Shown here: positions 10,474 through 23,027 of the stretch, one piece after another | Position numbering within the stretch: the stretch's first letter is position 1 | How the letters are laid out: each line of letters begins with the position of its first letter | Assembly: GCF_022846255.1 (NCBI RefSeq) | Contig: NZ_AP025682.1 | Reading direction: 5' to 3' (one strand) | Source: Escherichia coli | GTDB taxonomy: Bacteria > Pseudomonadota > Gammaproteobacteria > Enterobacterales > Enterobacteriaceae | DNA: 64,000 nt | Notes under the pieces: generated by a model | Told to the model about the DNA's origin: nothing | Database searches by the model: none | The model's input: only the letters and a program-made list of their open reading frames with translations | Translations under genes and position numbers: made by a program

Positions 10474-11859
10474 ATGCTGACATTCATTGAACTCCTTATT
10501 GGGGTTGTGGTTATTGTGGGTGTAGCTCGCTACATCATTAAAGGGTATTCCGCCACTGGCGTGTTATTTGTCGGTGGCCTGTTATTGCTGATTATCAGTG
10601 CCATTATGGGGCACAAAGTGTTACCGTCCAGCCAGGCTTCAACAGGCTACAGCGCCACGGATATCGTTGAATACGTTAAAATATTGCTAATGAGCCGCGG
10701 CGGCGACCTCGGCATGATGATTATGATGCTGTGTGGCTTTGCCGCTTACATGACCCATATCGGCGCGAATGATATGGTGGTCAAGCTGGCGTCAAAACCA
10801 TTGCAGTATATTAACTCCCCTTACCTGCTGATGATTGCCGCCTATTTTGTTGCCTGTCTGATGTCACTGGCCGTCTCTTCCGCAACCGGTCTGGGTGTTT
10901 TGCTGATGGCAACCCTGTTTCCGGTGATGGTAAACGTTGGTATCAGTCGTGGCGCAGCTGCTGCCATTTGTGCCTCCCCGGCGGCGATTATTCTCGCACC
11001 GACTTCAGGGGATGTGGTGCTGGCGGCGCAGGCTTCCGAAATGTCGCTGATTGACTTCGCCTTCAAAACGACGCTGCCTATCTCAATTGCTGCAATTATC
11101 GGCATGGCGATCGCCCACTTCTTCTGGCAACGTTATCTGGATAAAAAAGAGCACATCTCTCATGAAATGTTAGATGTCAGTGAAATCACCACCACTGCTC
11201 CTGCGTTTTATGCCATTTTGCCGTTCACGCCGATCATCGGAGTGCTGATTTTTGACGGCAAATGGGGTCCGCAATTACACATCATCACTATTCTGGTGAT
11301 TTGTATGCTGATTGCCTCCATTCTGGAGTTCATCCGCAGCTTTAATACCCAGAAAGTTTTCTCTGGTCTGGAAGTGGCTTATCGCGGGATGGCCGATGCG
11401 TTTGCTAACGTGGTGATGCTGCTGGTTGCCGCTGGGGTATTCGCTCAGGGGCTTAGCACCATCGGCTTTATTCAAAGTCTGATTTCTATCGCCACCTCGT
11501 TTGGTTCGGCGAGTATCATCCTGATGCTGGTATTAGTGATCCTGACAATGCTGGCGGCAGTCACGACCGGTTCAGGCAATGCGCCGTTTTATGCGTTTGT
11601 TGAGATGATCCCGAAACTGGCGCACTCTTCCGGCATTAACCCGGCGTATTTGACTATCCCAATGCTGCAGGCGTCAAACCTCGGCCGTACCCTGTCACCC
11701 GTTTCTGGCGTAGTCGTTGCGGTTGCCGGGATGGCGAAGATCTCACCATTTGAAGTCGTAAAACGCACCTCGGTGCCGGTGCTTGTTGGTTTGGTGATTG
11801 TTATCGTTGCTACAGAGCTGATGGTGCCAGGAACGGCAGCAGCGGTCACAGGCAAGTAA
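10474..11859 (+). CDS. dcuC: Anaerobic C4-dicarboxylate transporter DcuC
   Basis: 461 aa polytopic membrane ORF; recognised as DcuC. Confidence 0.9.
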   Translation: MLTFIELLIGVVVIVGVARYIIKGYSATGVLFVGGLLLLIISAIMGHKVLPSSQASTGYSATDIVEYVKILLMSRGGDLGMMIMMLCGFAAYMTHIGANDMVVKLASKPLQYINSPYLLMIAAYFVACLMSLAVSSATGLGVLLMATLFPVMVNVGISRGAAAAICASPAAIILAPTSGDVVLAAQASEMSLIDFAFKTTLPISIAAIIGMAIAHFFWQRYLDKKEHISHEMLDVSEITTTAPAFYAILPFTPIIGVLIFDGKWGPQLHIITILVICMLIASILEFIRSFNTQKVFSGLEVAYRGMADAFANVVMLLVAAGVFAQGLSTIGFIQSLISIATSFGSASIILMLVLVILTMLAAVTTGSGNAPFYAFVEMIPKLAHSSGINPAYLTIPMLQASNLGRTLSPVSGVVVAVAGMAKISPFEVVKRTSVPVLVGLVIVIVATELMVPGTAAAVTGK

Positions 11860-11867
11860 ATAGTCAT

Positions 11868-11890
11868 GCCGGAGGCAAGTTTCCTCCGGC
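11868..11890. terminator. Stem-loop between convergent dcuC and dpiA
   Basis: gccggagg-caagttt-cctccggc followed by ttt. Confidence 0.6.
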
Positions 11891-11899
11891 TTTATCATG

Positions 11900-12580
11900 T
11901 CACCCACTGTGGTATATGCGTTGCGGTCTGCCAACTTTGCCATGAACAATTTCAGCAATAATCAGATGGCGGCTGGCGCAATATTCAAGATAACGCCTGG
12001 CAGTGGTGCGGCTGATGGTCAGTGCCTGCGCCACCGTTTCTGCCGTATGTTGCACACCAGGCTCTTTGAACAGTTTTCGCACCGCGTTTAGCGTCAAGGG
12101 GTCAATGCCGGTCGGCAGTTCGTCTTTGGGTTCACCGCGAGCATAGGCATTAAACATCTCATCAATTTGCTTCTGGCTGGCGCTATCAATACTTTCCAGC
12201 ATATGTTTACGCTGGCGGAAACGGGTTAGCGTTTGCCCCAACCGTTCATAGGCAATGGGCTTAATGAGATAATCAAATACACCACAACGTACGGCTTCAG
12301 ACACCGTTTCCATATCGCTGGCTGCAGTGGTAAACACCACGTCGCCGGGATAATGCGCCTGCACCAGTTCATGCAGTAAATTAATCCCTCTACCGTCAGG
12401 AAGATAGTTATCGAGCAAGATTAGCCCCGGCTTAAAACGCTCGATCATCATTCGGGCCTGCGCCAGGTTTCCCGCCAGTAATATCTGACTGAATCCGGGA
12501 ATGTGACGAATATATTCCGCATGCATCTCTGCCAGCGGCGTTTCGTCCTCAACGATCAATAGGGTTAATGGAGCTGTCAT
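11900..12580 (-). CDS. dpiA: Two-component response regulator DpiA (CitB)
   Basis: 226 aa; receiver domain with acidic pocket (LIVEDE...D) plus C-terminal HTH. Confidence 0.9.
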   Translation of the reverse strand: MTAPLTLLIVEDETPLAEMHAEYIRHIPGFSQILLAGNLAQARMMIERFKPGLILLDNYLPDGRGINLLHELVQAHYPGDVVFTTAASDMETVSEAVRCGVFDYLIKPIAYERLGQTLTRFRQRKHMLESIDSASQKQIDEMFNAYARGEPKDELPTGIDPLTLNAVRKLFKEPGVQHTAETVAQALTISRTTARRYLEYCASRHLIIAEIVHGKVGRPQRIYHSG

Positions 12581-14207
12581 TAGGTTTCACTTTCGGAATA
12601 TAGATTGAAAATAAGGTACCGCAGGGATCATTATCTTCGAGAGTGATAACACCACCGCAGCGCGTTACGTAGCTGGCAATCAAGTACAACCCAATGCCAT
12701 GTTCACCGGGCTCGTCAGCACGCGTACTGACACCCTGCTCAAATATTTTGTCTCGTAGAGACTCTGGAACGCCGCAGCCCTGATCGGCGACTTCAATCAC
12801 CACATCATCGCCTTCATCGCTGAGGAATAATTCAACGCTCTTGTTTCCTTCATCGCTACGCAGGCTTGCTTCGAAGGCGTTATCAAGTAAATTGCCAACA
12901 ATGGCTGCAAACTCGGTGCTGTCCAGTCCTGGCGGCAGTTGCGAAAGCTGGCTACCGGGGACGATGACCATTTTTAGCCCCAGTTCGCGGGCGCGCTGCA
13001 CTTTACCAAAAAGCAGCCCCGCCACCTGGCGATCGGCAAACGCCTCACGCAGGCTGTCAATAAGCTGTTGCTGGGCCTGAGACTCCCCCTGCACCATCAC
13101 CAGCACGCGATCATACTCTTTCATCTGCAACAGACCATTGAGCGTCGACATCCAATTGAGATGCTCGTGTCGCAATGTACGAAGGCTCTCGACGTATTGT
13201 TTAATTTGCGTCAGTTGCGCATTGAGGGTGGAAATTTCGTCTTTACTACGAAAGCTAATAATGGCCCCCAGTAAATCATCGCCAGAACGAATAGCTTCCC
13301 GGTTGGCAATAACACTCAGACCGTTAAAGTTCGCCACCACATCCTGACGTTTTTCATCAATCTGTTCGGTAAAGAAATCGGCGGGCCTGACCACTTCAGC
13401 AATGGGTTTACCCAACCATTGCCGTCCGGGGGAGCTCAGCCCCAGCATCTTTCTTGCGTTACGATTGATGGCGGTAATGTACCCGTGCGGATCCACCGCA
13501 ATCAGCCCTTCATAAACCGAACTAAACAGCGCCTCTTGCTGACGGACCACGCGAGCGATTTGCTTTGGCTCCATGCCCATCATCTGCCGACGGATATGCG
13601 CGGCCAGGAACCACGACAGCAACATCAAAATCCCTAACAGCACGACAAACACGCCTGCCATCGGTAATAAAAACTCAGCCCGCCAGCTATCGATTTTACT
13701 CACCAGATAGCCAATCGACACCACGCCGATGACTTTTCCATCGTCATCAAAGATTGGCGTTTTGGCACGCATCGCCATGCCAATTGACCCTTTCCCGGTG
13801 ATGAAGTAGCTCTCCCCTTTCTCCAGCGCGCCCGGTTTGGTGAACTGCATAGGATAACCAATTTTCTCCGGATTAGGATGGTAAAGACGAATCGAGTGCC
13901 GATCGCCAATCACCACATAATCGAAATCAGTATCTCTTTGTAATTTGTCAGCGATGGTCGCCAGCCTCTTGTAGTCACGCGTTTTCACTGCACTGATGAT
14001 ACTGTCATTAGAAGCAATAATTTTTGCCTGATTCATTGCCATGTCGCGCACATGAAGCGTTAAATAGTCCTCAAAACTGGCTGTAAAATATTGCGCCAGG
14101 GCTGCAATGACAAATATTGAGAACACCAGAATCAGCAAAAAGATACGCAGCGGAAATGCCAGTCTTTGGAAAAATGCAAACTGTTTATTCTCTTTAAGCT
14201 GCAACAT
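12549..14207 (-). CDS. dpiB: Sensor histidine kinase DpiB (CitA), citrate-sensing
   Basis: 552 aa from MLQLKENKQF; two TM segments, periplasmic domain, histidine kinase/ATPase C-terminus; 3' end overlaps dpiA start by 32 nt. Confidence 0.88.
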   Translation of the reverse strand: MLQLKENKQFAFFQRLAFPLRIFLLILVFSIFVIAALAQYFTASFEDYLTLHVRDMAMNQAKIIASNDSIISAVKTRDYKRLATIADKLQRDTDFDYVVIGDRHSIRLYHPNPEKIGYPMQFTKPGALEKGESYFITGKGSIGMAMRAKTPIFDDDGKVIGVVSIGYLVSKIDSWRAEFLLPMAGVFVVLLGILMLLSWFLAAHIRRQMMGMEPKQIARVVRQQEALFSSVYEGLIAVDPHGYITAINRNARKMLGLSSPGRQWLGKPIAEVVRPADFFTEQIDEKRQDVVANFNGLSVIANREAIRSGDDLLGAIISFRSKDEISTLNAQLTQIKQYVESLRTLRHEHLNWMSTLNGLLQMKEYDRVLVMVQGESQAQQQLIDSLREAFADRQVAGLLFGKVQRARELGLKMVIVPGSQLSQLPPGLDSTEFAAIVGNLLDNAFEASLRSDEGNKSVELFLSDEGDDVVIEVADQGCGVPESLRDKIFEQGVSTRADEPGEHGIGLYLIASYVTRCGGVITLEDNDPCGTLFSIYIPKVKPNDSSINPIDR

Positions 14208-14519
14208 TGTTTTCCTTGCGGGTTGTCCCGAGCCTCTTTGACGGATGTAATTAAAATGTTGAATCAAAATACATAGATATTAAATATGATCGTGGCAAAT
14301 TTTATTCATTAAATCAATTAAATCACTTAAACCTGCGGGTTATTTCGTAATTACATTAGTTAAAAAACTTAAAACCATTAAATAAATAAAAAACCACTAA
14401 CTCTATGTGAAATAAATCAAAATTTCACGCCGAAATACTCCTTAGGATGTATAGCGAAAGGAGAAAAAGATATACCTCGATCGCCCCCTTTCTCCCAAGT
14501 GAAAATAAAAGGTTATCAA

Positions 14520-14551
14520 TTTGCAACATTGAACAACATTCGTTGCAAATC
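14520..14551. promoter_or_regulatory. 9-bp inverted repeat (atttgcaac ... gttgcaaat) just upstream of citC
   Basis: Perfect 9-bp arms separated by 14 nt, ending about 35 bp before the citC ATG in the dpiB-citC divergent region. Confidence 0.35.
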
Positions 14552-14585
14552 GATAACAACATGCACCTTCAGGATACTATTTATT

Positions 14586-15644
14586 ATGTTCGGCAATGAT
14601 ATTTTCACCCGCGTAAAACGTTCAGAAAATAAAAAAATGGCGGAAATCGCCCAATTCCTGCATGAAAATGATTTGAGCGTTGACACCACAGTCGAAGTAT
14701 TTATTACCGTAACCCGCGATGAAAAGCTTATCGCGTGCGGTGGAATTGCCGGAAATATTATTAAATGCGTTGCTATCAGTGAATCCGTTCGCGGTGAAGG
14801 ACTGGCGCTGACATTAGCCACTGAACTGATAAACCTCGCCTATGAGCGGCATAGCACGCATCTGTTTATTTATACCAAAACCGAATACGAGGCGCTGTTC
14901 CGCCAGTGCGGTTTTTCCACGCTGACCAGCGTACCCGGCGTGATGGTGCTGATGGAAAACAGCGCCACGCGACTGAAACGCTATGCCGAATCGCTGAAAA
15001 AATTTCGTCATCCAGGGAACAAGATTGGCTGCATTGTGATGAACGCCAATCCCTTTACGAATGGTCACCGTTATCTGATTCAACAGGCTGCGGCACAGTG
15101 CGACTGGTTGCATCTGTTTTTAGTCAAAGAAGATTCTTCACGCTTCCCCTATGAAGACCGGCTGGATCTGGTGTTAAAAGGCACCGCCGATATTCCACGC
15201 CTGACCGTGCATCGCGGCTCCGAATACATCATCTCCCGCGCTACGTTCCCTTGCTACTTCATTAAAGAACAGAGCGTCATTAACCATTGTTACACCGAAA
15301 TTGATCTGAAGATTTTCCGTCAGTACCTCGCTCCCGCGCTGGGTGTAACTCACCGCTTTGTCGGTACTGAACCCTTTTGTCGCGTTACCGCCCAGTACAA
15401 CCAGGATATGCGCTACTGGCTGGAAACGCCGACTATCTCCGCACCGCCCATCGAACTGGTTGAAATTGAGCGGCTGCGTTACCAGGAGATGCCGATATCC
15501 GCTTCCCGGGTACGTCAACTGCTGGCGAAAAACGATCTCACGGCTATCGCGCCGCTGGTCCCTGCAGTCACGCTGCATTATTTGCAGAACCTGCTTGAGC
15601 ACTCCCGCCAGGACGCGGCAGCTCGTCAAAAGACCCCCGCATGA
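14586..15644 (+). CDS. citC: [Citrate (pro-3S)-lyase] ligase CitC
   Basis: 352 aa from MFGNDIFTRVKRSE; first gene of citCDEFXG cluster. Confidence 0.9.
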   Translation: MFGNDIFTRVKRSENKKMAEIAQFLHENDLSVDTTVEVFITVTRDEKLIACGGIAGNIIKCVAISESVRGEGLALTLATELINLAYERHSTHLFIYTKTEYEALFRQCGFSTLTSVPGVMVLMENSATRLKRYAESLKKFRHPGNKIGCIVMNANPFTNGHRYLIQQAAAQCDWLHLFLVKEDSSRFPYEDRLDLVLKGTADIPRLTVHRGSEYIISRATFPCYFIKEQSVINHCYTEIDLKIFRQYLAPALGVTHRFVGTEPFCRVTAQYNQDMRYWLETPTISAPPIELVEIERLRYQEMPISASRVRQLLAKNDLTAIAPLVPAVTLHYLQNLLEHSRQDAAARQKTPA

Positions 15645-15658
15645 GAAACAGGTGAAAA

Positions 15659-15955
15659 ATGAAAATAAACCAGCCCGCCGTTGCAGGCACCCTTGAGTCT
15701 GGGGATGTGATGATACGCATCGCCCCACTCGATACGCAGGATATCGACCTGCAAATCAACAGCAGCGTTGAGAAACAGTTTGGCGATGCAATTCGCACCA
15801 CCATTCTGGACGTTCTCGCCCGCTACAACGTGCGCGGCGTACAGCTGAATGTCGATGACAAAGGCGCACTGGACTGCATTTTACGTGCACGACTGGAAGC
15901 CCTGCTGGCACGCGCCAGCGGTATCCCGGCTCTGCCATGGGAGGATTGCCAATGA
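15659..15955 (+). CDS. citD: Citrate lyase acyl carrier protein (gamma subunit) CitD
   Basis: 98 aa; recognised CitD sequence. Confidence 0.92.
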
Positions 15956-16860
15956 TTTCCGCTTCGCTGCAACAACGTAAAACTCGCACCCGCCGCAGTA
16001 TGTTGTTTGTGCCTGGTGCTAATGCCGCGATGGTCAGCAACTCCTTTATCTACCCGGCTGATGCCCTGATGTTTGACCTCGAAGACTCCGTTGCATTGCG
16101 TGAAAAAGACACCGCCCGCCGCATGGTTTACCACGCGCTGCAACATCCGCTTTATCGCGATATTGAAACCATTGTGCGTGTAAACGCGCTGGATTCCGAA
16201 TGGGGTGTTAACGACCTGGAAGCCGTCGTTCGCGGTGGTGCGGACGTTGTGCGTCTGCCGAAAACCGATACCGCTCAGGATGTTCTGGATATCGAAAAAG
16301 AGATCCTGCGTATCGAAAAAGCCTGTGGTCGTGAACCCGGCAGTACCGGCCTGCTGGCGGCGATTGAATCTCCGCTGGGCATTACCCGCGCGGTAGAAAT
16401 CGCTCACGCTTCCGAGCGTTTGATCGGTATCGCCCTCGGTGCAGAAGACTATGTGCGCAACCTGCGTACAGAACGCTCCCCGGAAGGAACTGAACTGCTG
16501 TTCGCTCGCTGCTCCATTTTGCAGGCCGCGCGCTCTGCAGGTATTCAGGCGTTCGATACCGTCTATTCCGACGCTAACAACGAAGCCGGATTCCTGCAAG
16601 AAGCCGCCCACATCAAACAGCTGGGCTTTGACGGCAAATCGCTGATCAACCCGCGTCAGATTGATCTGCTGCACAACCTCTACGCACCGACCCAGAAAGA
16701 AGTGGATCACGCCCGCCGCGTCGTAGAAGCCGCTGAAGCCGCCGCTCGCGAAGGCCTCGGCGTGGTTTCCCTGAACGGCAAGATGGTGGACGGTCCGGTT
16801 ATCGATCGCGCCCGTCTGGTGCTCTCCCGTGCAGAACTTTCCGGCATCCGCGAAGAATAA
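15952..16860 (+). CDS. citE: Citrate lyase beta subunit (citryl-ACP lyase) CitE
   Basis: 302 aa from [12 protein letters not shown]; start overlaps citD stop (ATGA). Confidence 0.92.
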
Positions 16861-16870
16861 GGCAATCAAA

Positions 16871-18403
16871 ATGACGCAGAAAATTGAACAATCTCAACGA
16901 CAAGAACGGGTAGCGGCCTGGAATCGTCGCGCTGAATGCGATCTTGCCGCTTTCCAGAACTCGCCAAAGCAAACCTACCAGGCTGAAAAAGCGCGCGATC
17001 GCAAACTGTGCGCCAACCTGGAAGAAGCGATTCGTCGCTCTGGTTTACAGGACGGCATGACGGTTTCCTTCCATCACGCTTTCCGTGGCGGTGACCTGAC
17101 CGTCAATATGGTGATGGACGTCATCGCGAAGATGGGCTTTAAAAACCTGACTCTGGCCTCCAGCTCCCTGAGTGATTGCCATGCGCCGCTGGTAGAACAC
17201 ATTCGCCAGGGCGTGGTTACCCGCATTTATACCTCTGGCCTGCGCGGTCCACTGGCGGAAGAAATCTCCCGTGGTCTGCTGGCGGAACCGGTGCAAATCC
17301 ACTCTCACGGCGGACGTGTGCATCTGGTACAGAGCGGCGAACTGAATATCGATGTGGCTTTCCTCGGCGTCCCGTCCTGTGATGAATTCGGTAATGCCAA
17401 CGGCTACTCCGGTAAAGCCTGCTGCGGCTCCCTCGGCTATGCAATGGTTGATGCCGACAACGCAAAACAGGTCGTGATGCTTACCGAAGAACTGCTGCCT
17501 TATCCGCATAATCCGGCAAGCATTGAGCAAGATCAGGTTGATCTGATCGTCAAAGTTGATCGCGTTGGCGATGCTGCAAAAATCGGCGCTGGTGCTACCC
17601 GTATGACCACTAACCCGCGCGAACTGCTTATTGCCCGTAGCGCTGCGGATGTGATTGTTAACTCTGGCTACTTCAAAGAAGGTTTCTCCATGCAGACCGG
17701 CACCGGCGGCGCTTCGCTGGCGGTAACCCGTTTCCTGGAAGACAAAATGCGTAGCCGCGATATTCGCGCCGACTTCGCCCTCGGCGGTATTACCGCAACG
17801 ATGGTTGATCTGCACGAAAAAGGTCTGATCCGCAAACTGCTGGATGTGCAGAGCTTTGACAGCCATGCTGCGCAATCGCTGGCCCGTAACCCCAATCACA
17901 TCGAAATCAGCGCCAACCAGTACGCTAACTGGGGGTCGAAAGGCGCAGCGGTTGATCGTCTCGACGTGGTGGTACTGAGCGCGCTGGAAATTGACACCCA
18001 GTTCAACGTTAACGTGCTGACCGGCTCTGACGGCGTACTGCGTGGTGCTTCCGGTGGTCACTGCGATACCGCGATTGCTTCTGCGCTTTCCATCATCGTC
18101 GCGCCGCTGGTACGCGGTCGTATTCCGACGCTGGTGGATAACGTGCTGACCTGCATCACCCCGGGCTCCAGTGTCGATATTCTGGTCACAGACCACGGCA
18201 TCGCTGTTAACCCGGCACGTCCGGAGCTGGCAGAACGTCTGCAGGAAGCGGGGATCAAAGTGGTTTCTATTGAGTGGCTGCGTGAACGTGCGCGTCTGCT
18301 GACCGGTGAACCACAGCCGATTGAATTCACCGACCGCGTCGTTGCCGTTGTGCGTTACCGCGATGGCTCGGTGATCGATGTTGTGCATCAGGTGAAGGAA
18401 TAA
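16871..18403 (+). CDS. citF: Citrate lyase alpha subunit (citrate CoA-transferase) CitF
   Basis: 510 aa from MTQKIEQSQRQ. Confidence 0.92.
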   Translation: MTQKIEQSQRQERVAAWNRRAECDLAAFQNSPKQTYQAEKARDRKLCANLEEAIRRSGLQDGMTVSFHHAFRGGDLTVNMVMDVIAKMGFKNLTLASSSLSDCHAPLVEHIRQGVVTRIYTSGLRGPLAEEISRGLLAEPVQIHSHGGRVHLVQSGELNIDVAFLGVPSCDEFGNANGYSGKACCGSLGYAMVDADNAKQVVMLTEELLPYPHNPASIEQDQVDLIVKVDRVGDAAKIGAGATRMTTNPRELLIARSAADVIVNSGYFKEGFSMQTGTGGASLAVTRFLEDKMRSRDIRADFALGGITATMVDLHEKGLIRKLLDVQSFDSHAAQSLARNPNHIEISANQYANWGSKGAAVDRLDVVVLSALEIDTQFNVNVLTGSDGVLRGASGGHCDTAIASALSIIVAPLVRGRIPTLVDNVLTCITPGSSVDILVTDHGIAVNPARPELAERLQEAGIKVVSIEWLRERARLLTGEPQPIEFTDRVVAVVRYRDGSVIDVVHQVKE

Positions 18404-18406
18404 GCC

Positions 18407-19811
<1,405 letters not shown>

Positions 19812-19861
19812 TTATTTAAGCACTTGATAAATTTGGAAATATTAATTTTCGGAGAACCCGT

Positions 19862-21325
19862 ATGTCTTTAGCAAAAGATAATATATGGAAATTATTGGCG
19901 CCCCTGGTGGTGATGGGTGTCATGTTTCTTATCCCTGTACCTGACGGTATGCCGCCGCAGGCGTGGCATTACTTTGCAGTGTTTGTGGCAATGATTGTCG
20001 GCATGATCCTCGAGCCAATTCCGGCAACGGCGATCAGTTTTATTGCGGTTACTATTTGCGTTATTGGCAGTAATTACCTGCTCTTTGATGCCAAAGAATT
20101 AGCTGACCCAGCGTTTAATGCGCAAAAACAGGCGCTGAAATGGGGTCTGGCTGGTTTTTCCAGCACCACGGTATGGCTGGTATTTGGCGCATTTATTTTT
20201 GCATTAGGGTATGAAGTTTCCGGGTTAGGCCGTCGTATTGCCCTTTTCCTGGTGAAATTCATGGGCAAACGCACGCTGACGTTGGGTTATGCGATTGTCA
20301 TTATCGACATTCTGCTGGCACCGTTTACACCGTCCAACACCGCGCGTACCGGGGGTACGGTTTTTCCGGTCATTAAAAACCTGCCGCCGCTGTTTAAATC
20401 ATTCCCGAACGATCCGTCCGCGCGTCGTATTGGCGGCTATTTGATGTGGATGATGGTCATTAGTACCAGTCTGAGTTCGTCCATGTTTGTCACCGGTGCG
20501 GCACCAAACGTGCTGGGTCTGGAGTTCGTCAGCAAAATTGCCGGTATCCAGATTAGCTGGTTGCAGTGGTTCCTCTGCTTCCTGCCGGTTGGGGTTATCT
20601 TGCTTATCATTGCGCCGTGGCTTTCCTACGTGCTGTACAAACCGGAAATCACACACAGTGAAGAAGTGGCAACCTGGGCGGGTGATGAACTAAAAACCAT
20701 GGGTGCGCTGACACGCAGAGAGTGGACGCTGATTGGCCTTGTATTGCTCAGCTTAGGCTTGTGGGTATTTGGCAGTGAAGTCATTAATGCTACTGCGGTA
20801 GGTCTGCTGGCAGTTTCGCTGATGCTGGCGCTGCACGTTGTGCCGTGGAAAGACATTACTCGCTATAACAGCGCATGGAACACGCTGGTCAACCTGGCAA
20901 CGCTGGTTGTTATGGCGAATGGCCTGACCCGTTCTGGCTTTATCGACTGGTTCGCCAACACGATGAGTACGCACCTGGAAGGCTTCTCACCAAACGCAAC
21001 GGTGATTGTACTGGTTCTGGTGTTCTACTTTGCCCACTACCTGTTTGCCAGCCTGTCTGCGCACACCGCAACCATGCTGCCGGTTATTCTGGCCGTCGGT
21101 AAAGGGATTCCGGGCGTACCAATGGAACAACTGTGTATCCTGCTGGTGCTGTCTATCGGTATCATGGGCTGTCTGACGCCTTATGCAACCGGTCCTGGGG
21201 TGATTATTTACGGCTGTGGCTATGTGAAATCAAAAGATTACTGGCGTCTTGGCGCAATCTTCGGGGTGATTTACATCTCTATGCTGCTGTTGGTTGGCTG
21301 GCCGATTCTCGCCATGTGGAACTAA
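19862..21325 (+). CDS. citT: Citrate:succinate antiporter CitT (DASS family)
   Basis: 487 aa polytopic membrane protein downstream of citG. Confidence 0.9.
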   Translation: MSLAKDNIWKLLAPLVVMGVMFLIPVPDGMPPQAWHYFAVFVAMIVGMILEPIPATAISFIAVTICVIGSNYLLFDAKELADPAFNAQKQALKWGLAGFSSTTVWLVFGAFIFALGYEVSGLGRRIALFLVKFMGKRTLTLGYAIVIIDILLAPFTPSNTARTGGTVFPVIKNLPPLFKSFPNDPSARRIGGYLMWMMVISTSLSSSMFVTGAAPNVLGLEFVSKIAGIQISWLQWFLCFLPVGVILLIIAPWLSYVLYKPEITHSEEVATWAGDELKTMGALTRREWTLIGLVLLSLGLWVFGSEVINATAVGLLAVSLMLALHVVPWKDITRYNSAWNTLVNLATLVVMANGLTRSGFIDWFANTMSTHLEGFSPNATVIVLVLVFYFAHYLFASLSAHTATMLPVILAVGKGIPGVPMEQLCILLVLSIGIMGCLTPYATGPGVIIYGCGYVKSKDYWRLGAIFGVIYISMLLLVGWPILAMWN

Positions 21326-21354
21326 TACGTTCGCCAAACGCTGAATAAATCATC

Positions 21355-21391
21355 ACGCCCGCCAGGTAAGCCCACCTGGCGGGCTTTTTTA
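21355..21391 (+). terminator. Intrinsic terminator after citT
   Basis: gcccgccagg-taagcccac-cctggcgggc followed by tttttt. Confidence 0.75.
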
Positions 21392-21438
21392 TGATTTAAT
21401 AGATAATATTCAGTGTATGTATGAGTTCCACACCCATT

Positions 21439-22245
21439 ATGAAAGCATTCTGGCGTAACGCCGCGTTGCTCGCGGTTTCTCTGCTTCCCTTCTCTTCTGC
21501 CAACGCCGTGGCGTTGCAGGCAAAACAGTATGGCGATTTTGATCGCTATGTCCTGGCCCTCTCCTGGCAAACCGGATTTTGCCAGAGTCAACATGATCGA
21601 AATCGTAACGAACGAGATGAATGTCGCCTGCAAACCGAAACGACCAACAAAGCTGATTTTTTGACCGTACATGGTCTGTGGCCAGGATTGCCTAAATCGG
21701 TTGCTGCCCGTGGTGTTGATGAACGCCGCTGGATGCGCTTCGGTTGCGCTACTCGCCCAATCCCGAATCTGCCAGAAGCACGCGCCAGCCGGATGTGTTC
21801 ATCGCCGGAAACTGGGTTATCACTGGAAACGGCAGCTAAACTAAGTGAAGTCATGCCAGGAGCTGGCGGACGTTCCTGCCTGGAACGCTACGAATATGCC
21901 AAACACGGTGCCTGCTTTGGTTTTGATCCAGACGCATACTTCGGCACGATGGTACGCCTGAATCAAGAAATTAAAGAGAGCGAAGCCGGAAAATTCCTTG
22001 CGGATAACTACGGTAACACAGTGAGCCGCCGTGACTTTGATGCCGCCTTTGCCAAAAGCTGGGGAAAAGAGAACGTGAAAGCAGTTAAGCTAACGTGCCA
22101 GGGTAACCCTGCGTATTTAACTGAAATTCAGATCTCGATCAAAGCTGACGCCATCAACGCTCCGCTTTCTGCAAACTCATTCTTGCCACAACCACACCCA
22201 GGTAACTGTGGCAAAACCTTTGTGATTGATAAAGCAGGTTATTAA
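21439..22245 (+). CDS. rna: Periplasmic ribonuclease I (RNase T2 family)
   Basis: 268 aa from MKAFWRNAALLAVSLLPFSSANA (signal peptide); RNase T2 motifs with catalytic His (TVHGLWP and KHGACF). Confidence 0.92.
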   Translation: MKAFWRNAALLAVSLLPFSSANAVALQAKQYGDFDRYVLALSWQTGFCQSQHDRNRNERDECRLQTETTNKADFLTVHGLWPGLPKSVAARGVDERRWMRFGCATRPIPNLPEARASRMCSSPETGLSLETAAKLSEVMPGAGGRSCLERYEYAKHGACFGFDPDAYFGTMVRLNQEIKESEAGKFLADNYGNTVSRRDFDAAFAKSWGKENVKAVKLTCQGNPAYLTEIQISIKADAINAPLSANSFLPQPHPGNCGKTFVIDKAGY

Positions 22246-22382
22246 TCCTCTGATTTACAAAACACGCTAATTCGTCTCCCATAAACCATGACGATTAAGA
22301 TTTATACATAATGCGCTACATTGAGGAATTCCCTGAATGTGACGCAAATCACTTCAAAGAGTGAGCAACAGTCAGTATCATC

Positions 22383-22418
22383 ATGTGAGTTAAACCCTCG
22401 CCGCCTGACGGTGAGGGT
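22383..22418 (+). terminator. Stem-loop with T-tract between rna and rnk
   Basis: ccctcgccgcc-tgac-ggtgaggg followed by ttttcttttgg. Confidence 0.5.
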
Positions 22419-22474
22419 TTTCTTTTGGGTATGTTTATCTGCGACACTCGCAGTACCGACGACATGGAGTAAAA

Positions 22475-22885
22475 ATGTCCAGACCAACTATCATCATTAA
22501 CGACCTTGATGCCGAACGCATCGATATTCTGCTGGAGCAACCCGCCTATGCTGGTTTGCCAATCGCCGACGCGTTAAACGCAGAGTTGGATCGCGCCCAA
22601 ATGTGTTCGCCAGAAGAGATGCCACACGACGTGGTGACAATGAACAGCCGGGTTAAATTCCGCAATCTTAGCGATGGCGAAGTGCGTGTGCGCACGCTGG
22701 TGTATCCGGCAAAAATGACCGACAGCAATACTCAGCTTTCCGTTATGGCTCCGGTAGGTGCCGCACTGCTGGGGCTGCGCGTTGGCGATTCCATTCACTG
22801 GGAACTTCCGGGCGGCGTTGCAACCCACCTTGAAGTGCTGGAACTCGAATACCAGCCAGAAGCTGCTGGCGACTACCTGCTTTAA
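22475..22885 (+). CDS. rnk: Regulator of nucleoside diphosphate kinase Rnk (GreA/GreB-like C-terminal fold)
   Basis: 136 aa; recognised Rnk sequence. Confidence 0.9.
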
Positions 22886-23027
22886 TCCCATCTGCACAAG
22901 CGATAACTCGCTTTGCCCAGAGGATGCACTCGCATCCTCTTTCCGCTCAAATATCAACCAGATTTATCATTTTGCGCTTAAGCGCAGCATTCTAATCTGA
23001 ACTGGTTATTCATCTGCGGAACCTCAT

